The notes under the pieces: model-generated
Databases searched by the model: none
Told to the model about the DNA's origin: nothing
The model's input: the letters and a program-made list of their open reading frames with translations, nothing else
Assembly (NCBI GenBank): GCA_964016885.1
Contig: OZ024742.1
Coordinates: 272,366,001-272,430,000, forward strand
From: Eledone cirrhosa
Lineage: Eukaryota
Reading direction: 5' to 3'
Length of the DNA stretch: 64,000 nt
Made by a program: the position numbers and the translations under genes
In this document: positions 25,270-40,385 of the stretch, one piece after another
Numbering within the stretch: the first letter of the stretch is position 1
Layout: every line of letters starts with the position of its first letter

Positions 25270-25930
25270 TCTTCTTTTTCGCCCACTTATTTCTGAGAGG
25301 GTCGCGGGGGCAGAGTCCTCAAACACTCTTTCCAGTGAGTCTGTCAGAAGCAAACATCTCTAACTGATGCAGCTGGATCCCAAAGCATGACCAGCCAAGC
25401 TCATGTATGTTATCCAACTATCTTGCTTAGGCTCTATCTCTGAGTTTCATGACTGTTGGCTTTGCCTGTAAAATGTGTCCAGCGATGCTTTGCAGAGACA
25501 TTCTAACCCCATGCTCATAATATCAGAGTTAATATCTCTCAATTCGGAGAAGCAGCGGTTCTACCAGGAGTGACTCTCTGGTCTCTGAGCTATGCACTTC
25601 ATCGAGTAACGTTACTCCAAAGACCCTTCGGAGGAATTTCATTTCTGCCGCTTTTATTTGCAATTGTATTATTTTGGTGATTACTCAAGATTCATGATCC
25701 TCAGTAAGAGTTTACAGGAATACCCGGAAGACAATGAGTTTGGCTTTTACACCTCCCCCTTTCTTCTGAATGTTGACGCTGGCTCATTACTGCATCAGCT
25801 ATTGCAATTCTTGCACTTAATTCAGCCTCCTGTATTTCATCACTAATGAACACGGCTCCAAGATACTTGAACTTCTCTAACCGCTTCAGTAGAACTGCGT
25901 TCACATGTATATAAATTTGAGGAATTTCTG
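25270..25930 (-). mobile_element. RTE-like LINE 3' fragment, degenerate
   Basis: LEKFKYLGAVF...ELSARIAIADAVM, followed by remnants of an RTE-type C-terminus. Confidence 0.55.
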
Positions 25931-26094
25931 ACCATCTGTCCATCACACAATGTGTTTGTGTGAATGTATGTGTGTGTAAAAGGATAGAAATGGATACACA
26001 CATATATGTCTCTAACTTAAAACCATTGACACACACATTAAGAACGCCGACACACTCGCACGTGCACACACACACTGTCCTATTACCACTCAAA

Positions 26095-26810
26095 AACTTT
26101 GACCCAGGGAAACATCTCCTTAATTTTGGAACTGTCTGGGTTGGGGAGAATTGATGGGAAAATACTTGACGTTCTTACTCTGTGCTCCTGGTCAAGAGGC
26201 AGGTTCCTTACCTGGGACGTCACAGTTAGTGACTCTTTTGCTTCTTCCCACATCCTGGATAGAACGGTAAGGGCGTGAGCTACAGCATCCGCATCTGAAC
26301 GGAACAAATTCCTAATATACCGTGTTCTGACAGCTAAATACATTATCCAAGTTGTGGCGTTCGAGACATTTGGTGGAGTCGGGCTACTGACAGCGAGATT
26401 GTTATCTTCACTGGCGGCTCGCCAAACAGAGGTAACTGATGATGCTCGTGAGGGCACTTGGTTGTTCCAGCACCTCAGCCTCGCCATCACCCCAGGTAAC
26501 ACCGCGAGCGTGCTGGCCTGCCTCAAACATTATTAGAAAGGTTTCCCAGTGCTCCTCGCTATATTGCTCTCGTTTGCTCTGGTAGCGTCTCGTTTTTATT
26601 CCTTCGCCTGCATATTGCTCTAGGGTGTCTACGATGTGAGTGTTACGTGCTTTTGTATTGTTCCTCTTTCTTTTTTTCCTTTCCCTTTGTATGTATTATA
26701 TGTGTTACTGTTTTCGTTCTGTAATCATTATATTAAATGTTTATACAAATGTGTTTTAAAAAAAAAGGAGTTAAACTCTTTTGTTAATAAATAAATAAAA
26801 AAAGTTGTAC
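26095..26810 (+). mobile_element. CRE-clade non-LTR retrotransposon 3' fragment (restriction-like endonuclease C-terminus + 3' UTR)
   Basis: TL.SWSRG..LTWDVTVSD; AFETFGG.G...TDDAREG.WLFQHLSLAI..GN.ASV; T-rich UTR ending in (AATA)n. Partial local duplication at 26945-27250. Confidence 0.7.
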
Positions 26811-27654
26811 TTTTACACTCCCATTTCCAATTCACCGAACGCTATCATGACTGTATGTGTGTGTTTGTGTAAATATATATGTGTGGATGCGTGTTTATGT
26901 GAATGTATGTATGTGTTTGTGTGAAAGTATGTGTATTTGTGTGAATGGGATTTCACAGTTAGTGACTCTTGCTTCTTCTCACATCCTGTATGCAGCGGTA
27001 AGGGTGAAGGCTACAGCCTATATATTATATTTTATTGTGTTTTCGTCCTGTAGTCATTATATTAATTTTTTTATATAAATGAGTTTTTAAAAAAAGAAAT
27101 AATTAAACTCTGTTGTTAATAAATAAATAAAACGTTATACTTGTTTTACCCTCCCGTTTCCAATTAATCGAACCCTATCATGACTGTATGTGTGTTTTTG
27201 AATAAATGTATGTGTGAATGTGTGTTTGTGTGAATGATTTGTGTGAAAGATGTGTATTTATTTGACTGTATGTCCGTGTGGGTGTATGTTTATAAGTTTG
27301 TGTTTGACCGATTATAGTTATACACTCATACATATAGATGCATATATGTGCAGAATCATACGCGTCAGCGTGTAGAAAGTCAAAATCACTCTATCTCTCT
27401 CATCACAAACTCTCTCTTTTTATATATATGGTAGTTGAAGTGGTGGTGGTGGCGACGATATACCGGAAGACTAGAAATGTGTAACTTTGAAAAGAGGTCA
27501 ATTTTAAATGATTTATAAATACGTAATTGTGTACATAAATTATGTAATATTCATTTATTATTTATTCAAAGTAATCGAACTTATATTACAAATGGGATAA
27601 AAAAAAATTATTCTGAACGCAGTCCCGCACTCCTTACTTTATTATAGTTTAGAT

Positions 27655-30600
27655 TATTATTATTATCGTATCCTTATTTTTCTTTCATTATTGTTTCTGA
27701 GATAAATGCCGAGTGTCTTCCTGACACCTAGGGCAAATAAATTCACAGTGTGCATAGGTAACCCAGTTAATACAGCACATTGATTATAATAAAAAAAAAA
27801 GTATACACATGTGCATATGCATATGTAAATACAAGGAGGGAGATCAATCTTACAGAGATAGTGCTCTTCTCAATACGTGTGCAGTACCAGTCAAAACAAA
27901 TTGTTTGCACCTGCAGAGAGGGTAAAACAGGAATCATTCGCACATATTATTCTATTCCTTTCTTGATCATTCCCAGTCCTCCCACAATCACTGGTATTGT
28001 AACGGCCTTGAGGTGCCACATTTTCTCAATTTCAATAAGCAGATCTTTATATTTTCGTAGCTTGTCAAATTCTTTTGCCGCGATATTGTGATCACATGGG
28101 ATGCTCATATCTATCAACAAACATACATTGTTATGTTGATCGTTTATAATGATGTCAGGTCTGTTTGATTTTATGGTCCTTTCAGTATGTACAGAAAAGT
28201 CCCAGAGAATTGTTACTTTTTCTCCTTCAGTTACAACCCCAGGCTGATGATTGTACCACTTGTCTTCAACTTTGATTTTGTAATGCCGACATATTACCCA
28301 GTATAGATATTAGCTAAATCTGTCATGTCTATATTTGTATTCTACTGGTACTAAAACTTTACATCCAGAGACTAAGTGATCCACTGTTTCAACACCAGCA
28401 TTGCAGAATCGGCACTTTGGGTTTATTCCGTTTCTCGTCACATTGGCCTAGTAATTACGAGTCAATAAGCTTTGATCTTGAGCAGCTAAGATGAAGACTT
28501 CACTCTCCGCCTTTATCCCTGAACTAGGTAGCCACTGATGGGTGTGCTTTTGGTCAACATTAGCTTGTTTACTACAGGCCACATATTTGCCATGCAGAGG
28601 GTTCTGCTCCCAATTTGATGCTAATTGTCCTTGCCCTTTTGCTTTTGCCTGTGATTTTATGTGCCTAGCAGCATCAGTTGCAACAGTTTCTTTAGTCTGT
28701 CCAGCCTGGGTATCAAGCATGACATCGGTAGCATATGTTTTGCTCTCCTTCAAGATAGAAAGAAGCTTCTTATTTCTTTCTCTCATGTTAGTTGTTACAA
28801 GGTATTTGGCCAGTCCAATAATGGTGGTCTTGTAAGCAAGTTCAAATTGGATCAGGCCACGACCTCCTTGAGTTCTTGGAAGGTAAAGACGATCCACATC
28901 TGCTTTTGGGTGGTGCAACCTTACAGGTTACGGACTTTGGTGTCGATTCTTTTGAATTCACTCATATTCCAGTTCAACACACCGAAGCTATACGTGACAA
29001 CTGGGAGTGCCAAGGAATTTATGGCTAGCACCTTGTTACGAGCGTTTAGTTCTGATCTCAGAACTGCACGTACTCTCCTGTAACATTATCTTTGCACTTC
29101 AAATCATCCATATAAAATAGGTGGTTTATTTTTTTGGTTGTCAATTCTATAGCCGTACTCTGTTCTATTAAGCTCAGATGTAAGGTGTATTAAAGCTATG
29201 CAGAAAAGCAAGGGTGAAAGTGAGTCACCCTGTAATATACTACAGTTGATGTTTATATTCCTAGAGCACAGTACCCCAGTGGGATGAGACAATTGGAGAT
29301 GTGTGTTCCATAATGACATATTGTGTTTCAGGAAGTTTGAGATCGCAGGTAAGATTTTGAAGATGTCTAGTGATTTCAGAATCCAGGAGTGTGGTATGCT
29401 GTCAAAGGCTTTATTATAATCGATCCATGCAGAACTGAGATTTCTGTGTTTATTATGACAGTTCTCAAGGATCATACGATTAATCAAAAGTTGATCTTTG
29501 TACCCATATGAACCTCGACAGCACCCTTTTTGTTCAATGTGGAAAAGATTGTTCTCCTCCAAAAACACGTATGCTTTTTCCATGAGAATATAGGTTAATA
29601 GTTTATAAGTAGTGGACAAGCGGGTTATGGGCCGATAGTTTGTTGGATCTTTGGTTTCGTTGTTCTTTGGTAGAGGGTAGGTAATGCCACTTGCTATCTA
29701 ATCAGGTGTATTTTTTGGATCTTTCATAATTCCATTAAACAGCTTGGCTAATATTTGGTGTGTGCACGGGAGTGAGGAAAGCCAGAAATTTGGCACCCTG
29801 TCTCTACCAGGAGATTTCCATTCATGAGATTTATTGAGTGATGTTACTCCAGAAGTTTTCAACTCCTTCTATGGACGGGGGGGGGGGGGTCTTCAATAAC
29901 AATTTTTTTCTTCCTTTCTTCTCTATAAAATGACTTGGCATTTTATGAGAACAAATTATTTTGCCTGTAGATGTTTCGCTTCTCGAATCTACGAAGTCGT
30001 TGGGGTTTTACTTGGACATTTTGTTTCAGAGATTCTTTTGTTGAAACTATTGCTTCTCTAGAAGATAGTCCATATTTTCTCTTTAGCTTCCTTATTGGAT
30101 CTTATATGATTTTTAGCGGTTAACTCACTCAATAAAGATATTTCTCCTCTCATTAGGTCAATCTCCCTTTCGATTCTACGCCTCCAAATTGGTTTACCTC
30201 GAAGGTTCGACTTTCTTTCTTTTTTTGGAGGTAAACAACTTGCTTCAATTACACTAGCAGATGCATAACTGCTTTCATTTAACTCACTAAGACCAGGTTC
30301 TAGTTCTTCTATGATTTCGTTTGTCCCAGAATTACCAATCATTATTTGTTTTCTATTTTGGATTGTATTTGGGAGTTTTTGAAGGTGTTCTCTATCATTT
30401 ATAATAGAATGTGATACTGCTGCAAGCTCATTCAGTATTTTTTGCTTTAATTCCTTCATAGTCTCCCCGTGGTCTTCAGCAGATGTTTGGTTTTCAATTA
30501 GTGTTTCTAAGTCCCTCTCCTGGCTATTTTCAGCGGGTTCAATAGGGCTTTTCATTTCTACCAACATATTTGTGATTTGGTCAGATGGATGTCTTTCAGT

Positions 30601-31220
30601 AAAGACTTGTAACTGTTTACTATCTCCAGGAGATTCTTCAGTTCTTTCATCATTTATATTTATGTCTTTCTCCACAGCATGCTTGATCGTAGTTAGTTCA
30701 GTGTCTGTGAGTCTATTATTTCTGAAGGTATACCTCCTTACAGTTGCCAACTTATTTCCATCCATATCACGTCTGCGAGTTTGATTGCGAGTTTTCCAGA
30801 TTTTGTAGGAGTTTAAAGTGTGTTTGTCTTGTGACGGCCTACCTATTGCATAGTCATATGCATATATTACTTCGTTATACTCTTGTCGGGTACATTTCGT
30901 CCTTTTAGGTTTTTCTTTCTGATGTGGTCTGGGTGTTGGATCTGGAGGGCTCGAGTTGGTGCAATTCCCGATCAAGTGACCCTCCAGGTCCATAACTGGA
31001 GAAGAGTTTGTGCCAGAGGAGGACTTTTCGATCTCAGCTTAGCACTTTCCTGATGGACGCGCTTCCTGATTAACCATAGGAAAAGTGATTTGGTATTGTG
31101 TATTAATTTTTATTTGTTCATCTCGCAGTACATGCTTGCGTTACGCATCGTTTTGGACGGACATGGAAATTTGCCTGGCTCTTTGGGTAGAGCATTTGCT
31201 GGCTGGCACTGAGATCATTA
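27655..31220 (-). mobile_element. R4/Dong-type RLE LINE, family A, degenerate
   Basis: [60 protein letters not shown]...IPVIVGGLG; ATT repeats at both ends. Confidence 0.85.
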
Positions 31221-31919
31221 TTACTATTATAACAGTATAGTTATGGTCATTGCTCTTGTTGATTGAGGTGATATTGTTATGGTTGCAGCTGTAAGTGGTG
31301 TACGAGAATTTTCTCAACTGTTCTTGTGGTGTGAGTGGTGCTGGTGGTGGCAGGGATATTAATGCTGGGGGTGGGGGTGCTTGGATGGTAGTGGGTAGGG
31401 TGACATTGTAGCTTATAGGAGTTGCTTCTCCGCTGTTATGTTCTATCTATTTTGAGTTTGAGGTGAAAATGGGGTGATTGTATTCATTTTTTACTTCCCC
31501 TATATTTTGTCCTTTATGTGGGCTCCATACACATACACTAATAAATATACACTCACACGCGCATACTTATACACACGTATATATATACACACATATATAT
31601 ACACCCACACATTAGACACTGAGAAGGGAGGTAGGTAGCAGTCAGTGACAGTAGTCTAAAAATAGATTGAGGATTTACTAGTGTGAATGTGTGAGGAAGG
31701 GTTGTGAATGTGGTGGTGGGAGAAAGAAGTGATCTTTCAACTGTCCATTTTCCTTTCAAAATCTGAAATTTAAACACAATCGACCAAAATGTAAAAAAAT
31801 AAATTTGTATTGGGGAAATATTTAAAAATATATAAGCACCATTCACATCTTCAGCCACAGAGATGATTGCATAATAATTAGTCGGATTTTTGATTAAACA
31901 GAACTTATTCCCCGAAATT

Positions 31920-34758
31920 ATTATTATTATTATTATATATTACAGTTGCATTTATCTTGCTTTATGTTCATACGAGTTATCACCAAGTCACAATCAGTGA
32001 CCTCAAGGGACAACAAGGTCCGCCATGTTCAAGAAAGAACATACATACTCACACATGCATATTTAGTGTTTAGACTTGTGATGTACTTATATTGACAGAA
32101 TCTTCCTTAGTATATGGGCAGTTCCCATTAGTACTAACTTTTGTATTTCTCCTATACGCTGGTTTCCTGGGATTTGCGATAAGTAATCATTAGACCCCTG
32201 AGGTATCATTCCCAGGGCGCCTACTGGTATTGTTTTAGTTCTGAATTTCCACATTTTTCAAATTTCTATCTCCAGGTCCTTATACTTGCTCAATTTTTCA
32301 AATGTTTTCATAGATACATTCATGTCTATTGGAACGGACATATCAATTAGCACGCATACCCTCTTTTTAAAGTCCTTCAATATTATATCAGGTCTATTTG
32401 CATCTATTGTTCTGTCTGTTTGGATGCTAAAGTTCCACATGATTGAGATGTGATCTTTTTCAAGTATGGGAGGTGGTTGATGCTCCCACCAATTCTTTTG
32501 ATGGGGCAGGTCAAAATGCTTACACATTATCCAATGTATGTATTGTGCAGCTCTGTCATGCCTGTTTAGGTATTCGGTTGGAGCTATAGGACAGCACATT
32601 GAAATTATATGGTCAATGGTCTCTGGGTTTTTTTTTACATACACGGCATAATGGGCTGCATCCATTTTTTATTATGTTGGCTTGGTAAATTTTGTTGGCA
32701 GACACTGATCTTGTGCTGATATAATCAGTACATGAGTCTCCGATTTCAGTCCAGAGGATGCCAATCACTGATGGGTTAAAGTTTTGTCAACATCAGGATT
32801 GTTAGCTCTTTCTGGGTATTTTCCATACAGAGGCTTTTCTTGCCATTTCTTAGCCAGTTTCTGTAGCAGTTCTTTCTTTGCAGTTACTTTTACCCGCTTT
32901 GCTTTTTCTGTGTTTTCCATTTCAGCAGTAAATGGGACTTCTGAAATTTGTAGTCAATTACTGTATCTTTGTGCATCATTTGTAATGGAGTATGATCTTT
33001 TGATGCTTTCGTGTTTCAAAACGAGTTTGATCATGCAATCATGTGATTCCCTTAGATATGTAGATAATCCAATTGTTGCAGTTTTCAACGCAAAGTCTAA
33101 CTGGATTAACCCACGTCCTCCTACTTTCCTAGGGAGATATATTCTATCTGTATCTGCCTTAGGGTGAGGCATTCTGTGCATGGTTAAGAATTTTCGAATT
33201 TTTGTATCGAGGCTACGGATCTCTGTGCTTGACCAGTTGATGATATTGTAACTGTAGGTTACTACTGGTATGGCAAGCGTGTTTATGGCATCGACCCTAT
33301 TCCTTGCATTCAATTCAGTTCTTAAGATTGCTCTTACTCTGCGGTAACATTCCTTCCTTATCCTTTCCCTCATTGTCGTGTGCTTGATTCCGTCTCCTTC
33401 ACAAACACCTAGATATTTGTAAGTTTTTTCTTGATCAAGTTCTCTTATCACATTCCCCCGATCAAGATTAATGTCTGAACTCTTCAGCAGCTTTCCTCTG
33501 GTGAACGTTGCTTTGGCGCATTTATCTAGTCCAAACTCCATTTTAATGACATCACTGAACTGCTCTACAGTGGATAATAGCCCTTGCAATTGTTAATCAT
33601 TTCTTCAAATAGTTTCAGGTCATCCATGTAGAACAAGTGATTAATGGTTTTGTCATAGACTCTATATCCATTGAGCATTTTACTTAATGGTATAAGTGCG
33701 ATGGAGAATAAAAGAGGTGATAAAGAGTCACCTGAAAAATTCCACAATTAACATTAACTTCTCCAGCTTCCAGTGATTTTGTTTCACTATTCAAAAGGAG
33801 TGTCGTTTTCCATGTCTTCATACTGAATGACAAAAACCTCCTGACAACGGGGGATATTTAGAAAATCTCTAAACATTTTTCAATCCAACTGTGTGGCAAA
33901 CTATCGAATGCTTTTTTATAATCTATCCAAGCATTTGATAGATTTTTGTGTCTATTATAACAATCTTCCAGTATCATTTTGTTAACCAGAAGCTGATCCT
34001 TACAGCCATATGAGCCTCGTTTACACCCTTTCTGCTCAATGGGAAATAGGTCATTTGTTATCATATGGTCATATGTATATTCAGTTAGGACTGATGTTAA
34101 AATTTTATACATTGTGGTCAAGCAAGTTATCGGTCTGTAATTTTTGGGATTGTTTGTCTCATCATTCTTCTGAAGCAGGAATGTAATCCCGTTAACTAGC
34201 CATGATGTTATCTTTTCTGGCTCCTTAACTATTTCATTGTAAAGTTGGGCTAACAGCTCATGAGACTCTGTGAAGGCATTTATCCATTTGCTGGTTTTTC
34301 TTAGGGGATTTCCATTTGCTGGTTTTTCTTAGAGCCAAGCGCAACTGTTCAACTGTTATATTTTCCCATACTTGTTCTTCAAGGTGAGCTGTATCTTTCA
34401 TTTGTCTGTCTATCCATGGGGCATGTATGTTATGAACTTTTTCTTCTGCCCAGATCTTTTCCCAGAATTCTTGCACATCCTCCTTGGGTGGTATTGATTT
34501 AGCAGTTATTGTTGACTTACCAATTTTTCTGTAGAAGTTTCTTTGGTTGTTTTTGAACATATTATTGTCCTTATAGAATCTAGATCGTTTTTCAAAGCGC
34601 CTTATACGAGCAGCTTTGGCCGACACTTTTTCATTGATTATTTCTATCAGCATGTCTATGTCACTTGTTGATTTTATACTGTACTTTCTTTTCAATTTTC
34701 TAAGTTTAGTTTGTTTAACATGTTCACCTACTTTATAGTTTGTTAAAATTGCTATGTC

Positions 34759-34759
<1 letters not shown>
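31920..34759 (-). mobile_element. R4/Dong-type RLE LINE, family B, 5'-truncated and degenerate
   Basis: YMDDLK RT motif, GGRGL, RHD..A, NRPDI, KYKDLEIEI; lies between (ATT)n tracts. Confidence 0.88.
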
Positions 34760-34811
<52 letters not shown>

Positions 34812-34812
34812 G
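34760..34812. repeat. (ATT)n microsatellite separating Dong elements
   Basis: Direct reading. Confidence 0.95.
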
Positions 34813-37800
34813 TTCTTTGAGTCTCAGTTATTGATGTTAGTTGACTGGAAAGTTTGTTGAAATGAATATCAAGCCACTACCTGCAGCCCCAGATATTCAG
34901 GATGTATCGGAGGGTTCTTGCTGTTCCCAGCAAGCATGCCTTTTGAAGCGTTCCTAAAAAGCGGGGCAGGGCCAATTTTCTTTAACCATCCTGGAAACTT
35001 TTTGAGATTGTACCTAGTGCGCCTATGACAATCGGGACCACTTTTATTTCATGGCAGTTCCAAATCCTTTTTACCTCCCACTTTAGGTCCTGTTATCGGT
35101 TAATTTTCTCCCTCTCCTTCTCTTGCACTCTCGTGTCGAAAAAGCAGGCCACATCCACAATCAGGTACGATCTTTTTTCCTTGTCCAAAACCACTAGGTC
35201 AAGTCTATTGTGTTCCAGTTTCTTCTCCGTCTGTATCCTAAAATCCCACAGCACCGTCACCTGATCGTTTTCTATCACCGACTCTGGCTTATGCTCATAC
35301 CACTTCTCAGAATGTCGTAAATTGTTTGCTTTGCATAGGTGCCAGTGGATTACCCTGCTCATCACATCATGTTGTTATTTCCTCCTTGGACATCCCCTGG
35401 TCTATTGTCCTCTCCTTCAGTACAATTCTAAGCATTGGCTCCTTACTATCAGACACGTATTTGTGTAGGTTGTTTGTCTCCATCTGAACACAGTCCTCTA
35501 TGCTGATAAGAACACTTCCACCTTCAGATCTCCTTAAGTAGAATCTATCGACATCACTCCTCTTGTGGAACATGTTGTAGATAGCCAATAGCTTCCTAGT
35601 CTTCATATCCATTTCTTTTTGTTTAGCAACATTCCATCTCAGAATTCCCGCACTGTACTTAATACTAGACACACCTCGGGAATTTACTGCACTTATGGCA
35701 TTCCTACTGTTCAGATGTGACTTTAATACGCTCCTTACTCTCCGAATGTATTCAGATCTTATCCATTCCTTCATTTTTTTTGTTCTTGATGTCATCAGCG
35801 TCCAGAACACCCAAATACTTGTATACTTCTTCAGTGTCAATTTCCTTTATCATCTCACCTGTTGGTACCTGGATTCCGTTGCTTCTGCTCAACTTACCCC
35901 TCTTCATCTCAAGGACTCCACATTTACTAATACCAAATTGCATACATATATCATTGCTGAAAATAATGTCAACAAGCACATCCAACTCCTTCTCACCCTT
36001 CCCGAAGAGCTTAAGTTCGCCCATGAAGAGGAGGTGATTGATGGTAAGCTCTCCTTTCCCAACCTGTATCCTGCTCTCAATTTTCGCAGTATAATGGTCA
36101 GGGGCATCAGGGCAAGGACAAACAACAGAGGGGACAGACTATCTCCCTGGGATTCTCCAGCTGATGTTAACTCTGTTTTCCAGGACTTCATACTTTTGCC
36201 GAACAACTGTCTGATGTTATCTGCCACATTGAATATCTCTAGGCTTTTGGTGATCCAAGAATGAGGCACCATGTCAAATGCCTTTTTGTAGTCTATCCAT
36301 CCCATGGCAAGACCAGTGTGTCTCCTCTTGCAATTCCTCATTACCATCGTATCTATAAGTAACTGGTCGTTTGTATCACGGGACTTCTTTCGGCATCCTT
36401 TCTTTTCGTCCGGTAACAAGTTGTTTGTGGAGGTGATGGTAGATTTCCTCAGACACTATGCTTGTCAAGTTTCCACATTATGGACAGACAGACATGTGAT
36501 AGGTCTATAGTTTGTAACATCATTACCCTTGATTCGGTCTTTCATTCCCAGGACTGTGGTACATTTGTCAATGCTCTTGTACCCCACCTGACATCAAGCA
36601 GTCATTGAACATGGTTGTCAATTTCATGTGGATGGATGTTATATTTTTAATACAATACCCCTGCACACCATCTGGGCCTGGTGATTTCCAGTTGGTTAGT
36701 TTGTTGGCCTGCTCCTTAAGAGTTTCAACTGTGATATTCAAATCAGTTTGTCGGTGTGCTTGTTCACTAATCTCCTTTTGTACAGTCTCAATCCACACTG
36801 CCTGATCATTATGTTTAACATCCTGCTCCCATATTCCTCTCCAAAATGTCTTAGTTTGTTCCGCCTCAGGCATCAAGTTGTTGCCTCTTTCTTTCCCGTC
36901 AAGCTGTCCAACCAGCATCTTCTGGTTGTTGTCAAACATGCGGTTCTGTCTATACTGACTGTCTCTGCTCTCGTATCGCCTAATGTTTGCACTTTTTGCT
37001 ACAATGCGTTGTTTCAGTTCCTCTATGATAATATTTAACCTTTTCCTCCTAGATTTGTACTTTATGTCCAGTCTATTTTTAGTGTCTATGTTTTTTAGTG
37101 TCCCATTCAGTATGGACTCAAGCTTTCCAATGTCATTTCTCATTTCCCTGATTTGACCATTCAGTCGTTTCTTCCACCAAAGTTCTGATCTTTCTTGTCG
37201 TTGTTCCTCTCGCTTTTATGCCAAGTAAATTCCTCACCGCATTTGCTGTTGCTTTGAGCATATTGTTGCACTGGTGAAGGCTCCTCGCCTGAAGGTATGG
37301 GATGACTTTGTTTACCTTAGCTGTTGTTTCTTTTAACTTTTTCCTTCTCTACAAATCTTAGGTTCATAGGTTTCCCACTATCATTGTTCATTTAGTGTAC
37401 CACTAAGTTTAGGATATCAACCACATTTTGTCCTAGCCCGTCAGCATTCATCTCCTCAATGGCCGTATCTTTGTTCCAGTAATTATTTATTTCAGTATTC
37501 AGATCATTGTCTGCTTCCGATGGTTCCTCCGTTCTCTCAACCTCTTCACATTCATTTCCCACTGGCTCATTTGCCTTGCATACTCCACTCTCCATTTCCA
37601 ACCTCATCTCTCTGCTCAGTTCCTCCAGTTCCAGCTCGCTTATCCACCCATTAGTTCTGTTTACCAGAGCCTGCGCGGCCAGTTTTTGTTCATCTAATTT
37701 AAATAGACCAATCTCGTTCCAGATGTTATGCATCCGTTTGCTATAGCCTTTTCCTTTGGGGTTACTTTTCAGGTAACATTGCATAACAGTTCTATTCAAT

Positions 37801-38759
37801 TCTTTCATGCAGTTGCTTCTGGTCCCTTTCCTCCTTCTTCCTCCGACACCAGCAGTATTTGGTTGACAGCCAGGTCCCTGCTGCTGAGCCAGGGAGCACC
37901 TGCTGGGTGAGAGTCTGTCACATGACATTCCAGTCTCCACTTCACCGTTATTCGAACTGTTTAGGTTCGACATTTAAACACTCTTATCGAGGATTGGTGA
38001 ATGTATGGTTACATAACCACCGGTGATTTTAGCGTGGCGCTATCACGCTGTAGACGAACATAAATAAACAAACAAACAAATAGGTAAAAAAAAAAAATAT
38101 GCATAAGTTTCATTGTAATGTAATGTTTGAATGTCTGACTTTGTGTTTTTTTGCTTGTCTGCCTGTCTGTTTGTTTTTCTCTTCTTTTTTTATTTTCTTT
38201 ACGTTTTTCGTTGTTGCTGTGCTGTTTTGATTTTGATTTTTGATTTTTGATTTTTTGACCGGGTCATCAATTAAGTATATTTATATCTTTTGATGCCTTC
38301 CTCATTTAGTGGGAGTACTATGATGCCTGTATTAGCAGGAGGTAGTGGGAGAGAATAGCGGCGGTAGTGATAATCAGGCAGTGGTGGTGGTGATGTGATA
38401 GTACTACTGTAGTGATGGTGTTGAAGTTGAAGTAGAAATAGATGTTGAGGTAACTTGACTAGAGTTTTTGGCGTGGTAGTGGTGATGGTGGTGTTGGTGG
38501 TGAAATTATTTGCCTGCCTGTCCACTTAGGCATTTTCTCTTTTTCGACTATAACATTTCTGATCCAAAATTAAATATTAAATATTGGGGCTCTATACCGT
38601 AATGTGATGTGTTGTTGCCTGCTGAGGGCCAAAACTGTAATCTTATATTTCATTTGTAATAAGAATTATTCTATCACAGTTGTTTTAAATAAGTAAAAAT
38701 CAAAAACTTACAGGAGCGATTCCATAACGATAATTATCCACCATGTGCGTTTTCTTCCC

Positions 38760-38760
<1 letters not shown>
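34813..38760 (-). mobile_element. R4/Dong-type LINE, family C, both ends present, with frameshifts and internal deletions
   Basis: Colinear with 40386-44909, including the 5' end (agggaagaa next to (TAA)n) and the 3' end. Confidence 0.9.
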
Positions 38761-38801
<41 letters not shown>

Positions 38802-39154
38802 GACCATTGTTAAAAAGCTTCAATATTGTATGAATTTCCCTTTGATATTATTTAAGAAATAAAACAAAATTAAAATTGAAAGATTTTGACTTGTATTTGT
38901 TAATATGTTGTTGTTGTTGTTGTTGTTGTTTAGCCCCAAGTCAACTCTGAACAAACATGTGATCAAAAGATATACCAGCTATGAACTTTGTTTTGTTGGA
39001 TTCCTATATCAATGTGCTCGTATATCTCATAATATCATGAAACTAAACCTGAAATGTTCATTTCTGAGCTGTTTCGGAACAATTTTTGCGAAAGACTAGC
39101 AGTTCCCTACACATGCAAATTTGCCCTCACCATGCCATCGACATCACCATTATT

Positions 39155-39332
39155 GAATTGGCAGTATCGGTAGAGGGTCGGACGCCATGCTTTCCAGCAT
39201 AGTTACGTCCCTTTACGATCTGAGTTCAAATCCCGCCGAGGTTGACTTTGCCTTTCATCCTTACGGGGTCGACAAAATAAAGTACCAGTAATGCACTGGA
39301 TAATTGCTGGCCTTGTGCCTAAAGTAGAAACA

Positions 39333-39336
<4 letters not shown>
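39155..39336 (+). mobile_element. tRNA-derived SINE with long (ATT)n tail
   Basis: A/B boxes and central domain; tail extends to 39386. Confidence 0.88.
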
Positions 39337-39386
<50 letters not shown>

Positions 39387-40346
39387 GTTCTTTGAGTCTC
39401 AGTCATTGATGTTATTTAACTGCAAAGTTTGTTGAAATGAATATCAAGCCACTACCTGCAGCCTCAGATATTCAAGACGTATCGGAGGGTTCTTGCTCTT
39501 CCCAGCAAGCAAGCCTTTTGAAGCGTTCCAAAAAACGTCGCGGGGCCAATTTTCTTTAACCATCCCTGTAAACTTTTTGAGATAGTACCTAGTGCGCCTA
39601 TGACAATCGGGACCACTTTGACTTAATGGCAGTTCCAAATCCTTTTTACCTCCCTTTTAAGTCCTGGTATCGTTTAATTTTCTCCCTCTCCTTCTCTTGC
39701 ACTCTCGTGTCAAATGGGCAGCCCACATCCACAATGAGGCACGATCTTTTTTTCTTTGTCCAAAACAACCATGTCAAGTCTATTGTGTTCCAGTTTCGTG
39801 TCCGTCTCTATCCTAAAATCCCACAGCAACTTCACCTGATCGTTTACTATCACCGACTCTGACTTATGCTCATACCACTTCTCAGAATGTGGTAAATTCT
39901 TTACTTTGCATAGGTGCCAGTGGATCACCCTGCCCATCACATCATGTCTCCAGCCCTTATAGTGCGTGTGGGCGAGGTGTTTAGACTCGGACACAATGTG
40001 AGCCACAGTCTCCTCTCTCTCTCTCTCTCCACAGATCCTGCACAGTGGGCTAGCCTCCTGCTTGTAAATATTGTGTTTCAACCACTTCGTTTTGAGGGCC
40101 TGCTCTTGCGCAGCCATTAGCATTCCTTCTGTAGCCTTTTTAAGGCCTCCTCTTTTCAACCAGTTTCATGTCTGTGGATCTCTGAAATCAGTTTTCTCAA
40201 AGAAGGTATTATGAAGGGATTTTTGATGAAGGCTGCTCTTTCTCGTTGTTGTTATTTCCTCCCTGGATATCCCCTGGTCTACTGTACTCTCCTTCAGTAC
40301 AGTTCTGAGCATTGGCTCCTTACTATCAGTCACCTATTTGTGTAGG

Positions 40347-40350
<4 letters not shown>
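39387..40350 (-). mobile_element. R4/Dong-type LINE, family C, 5'-truncated
   Basis: AAQEQAL, CRICG..EETVAH, RHD, same 3' UTR as neighbouring copies. Confidence 0.9.
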
Positions 40351-40377
<27 letters not shown>

Positions 40378-40385
40378 GTTATTGT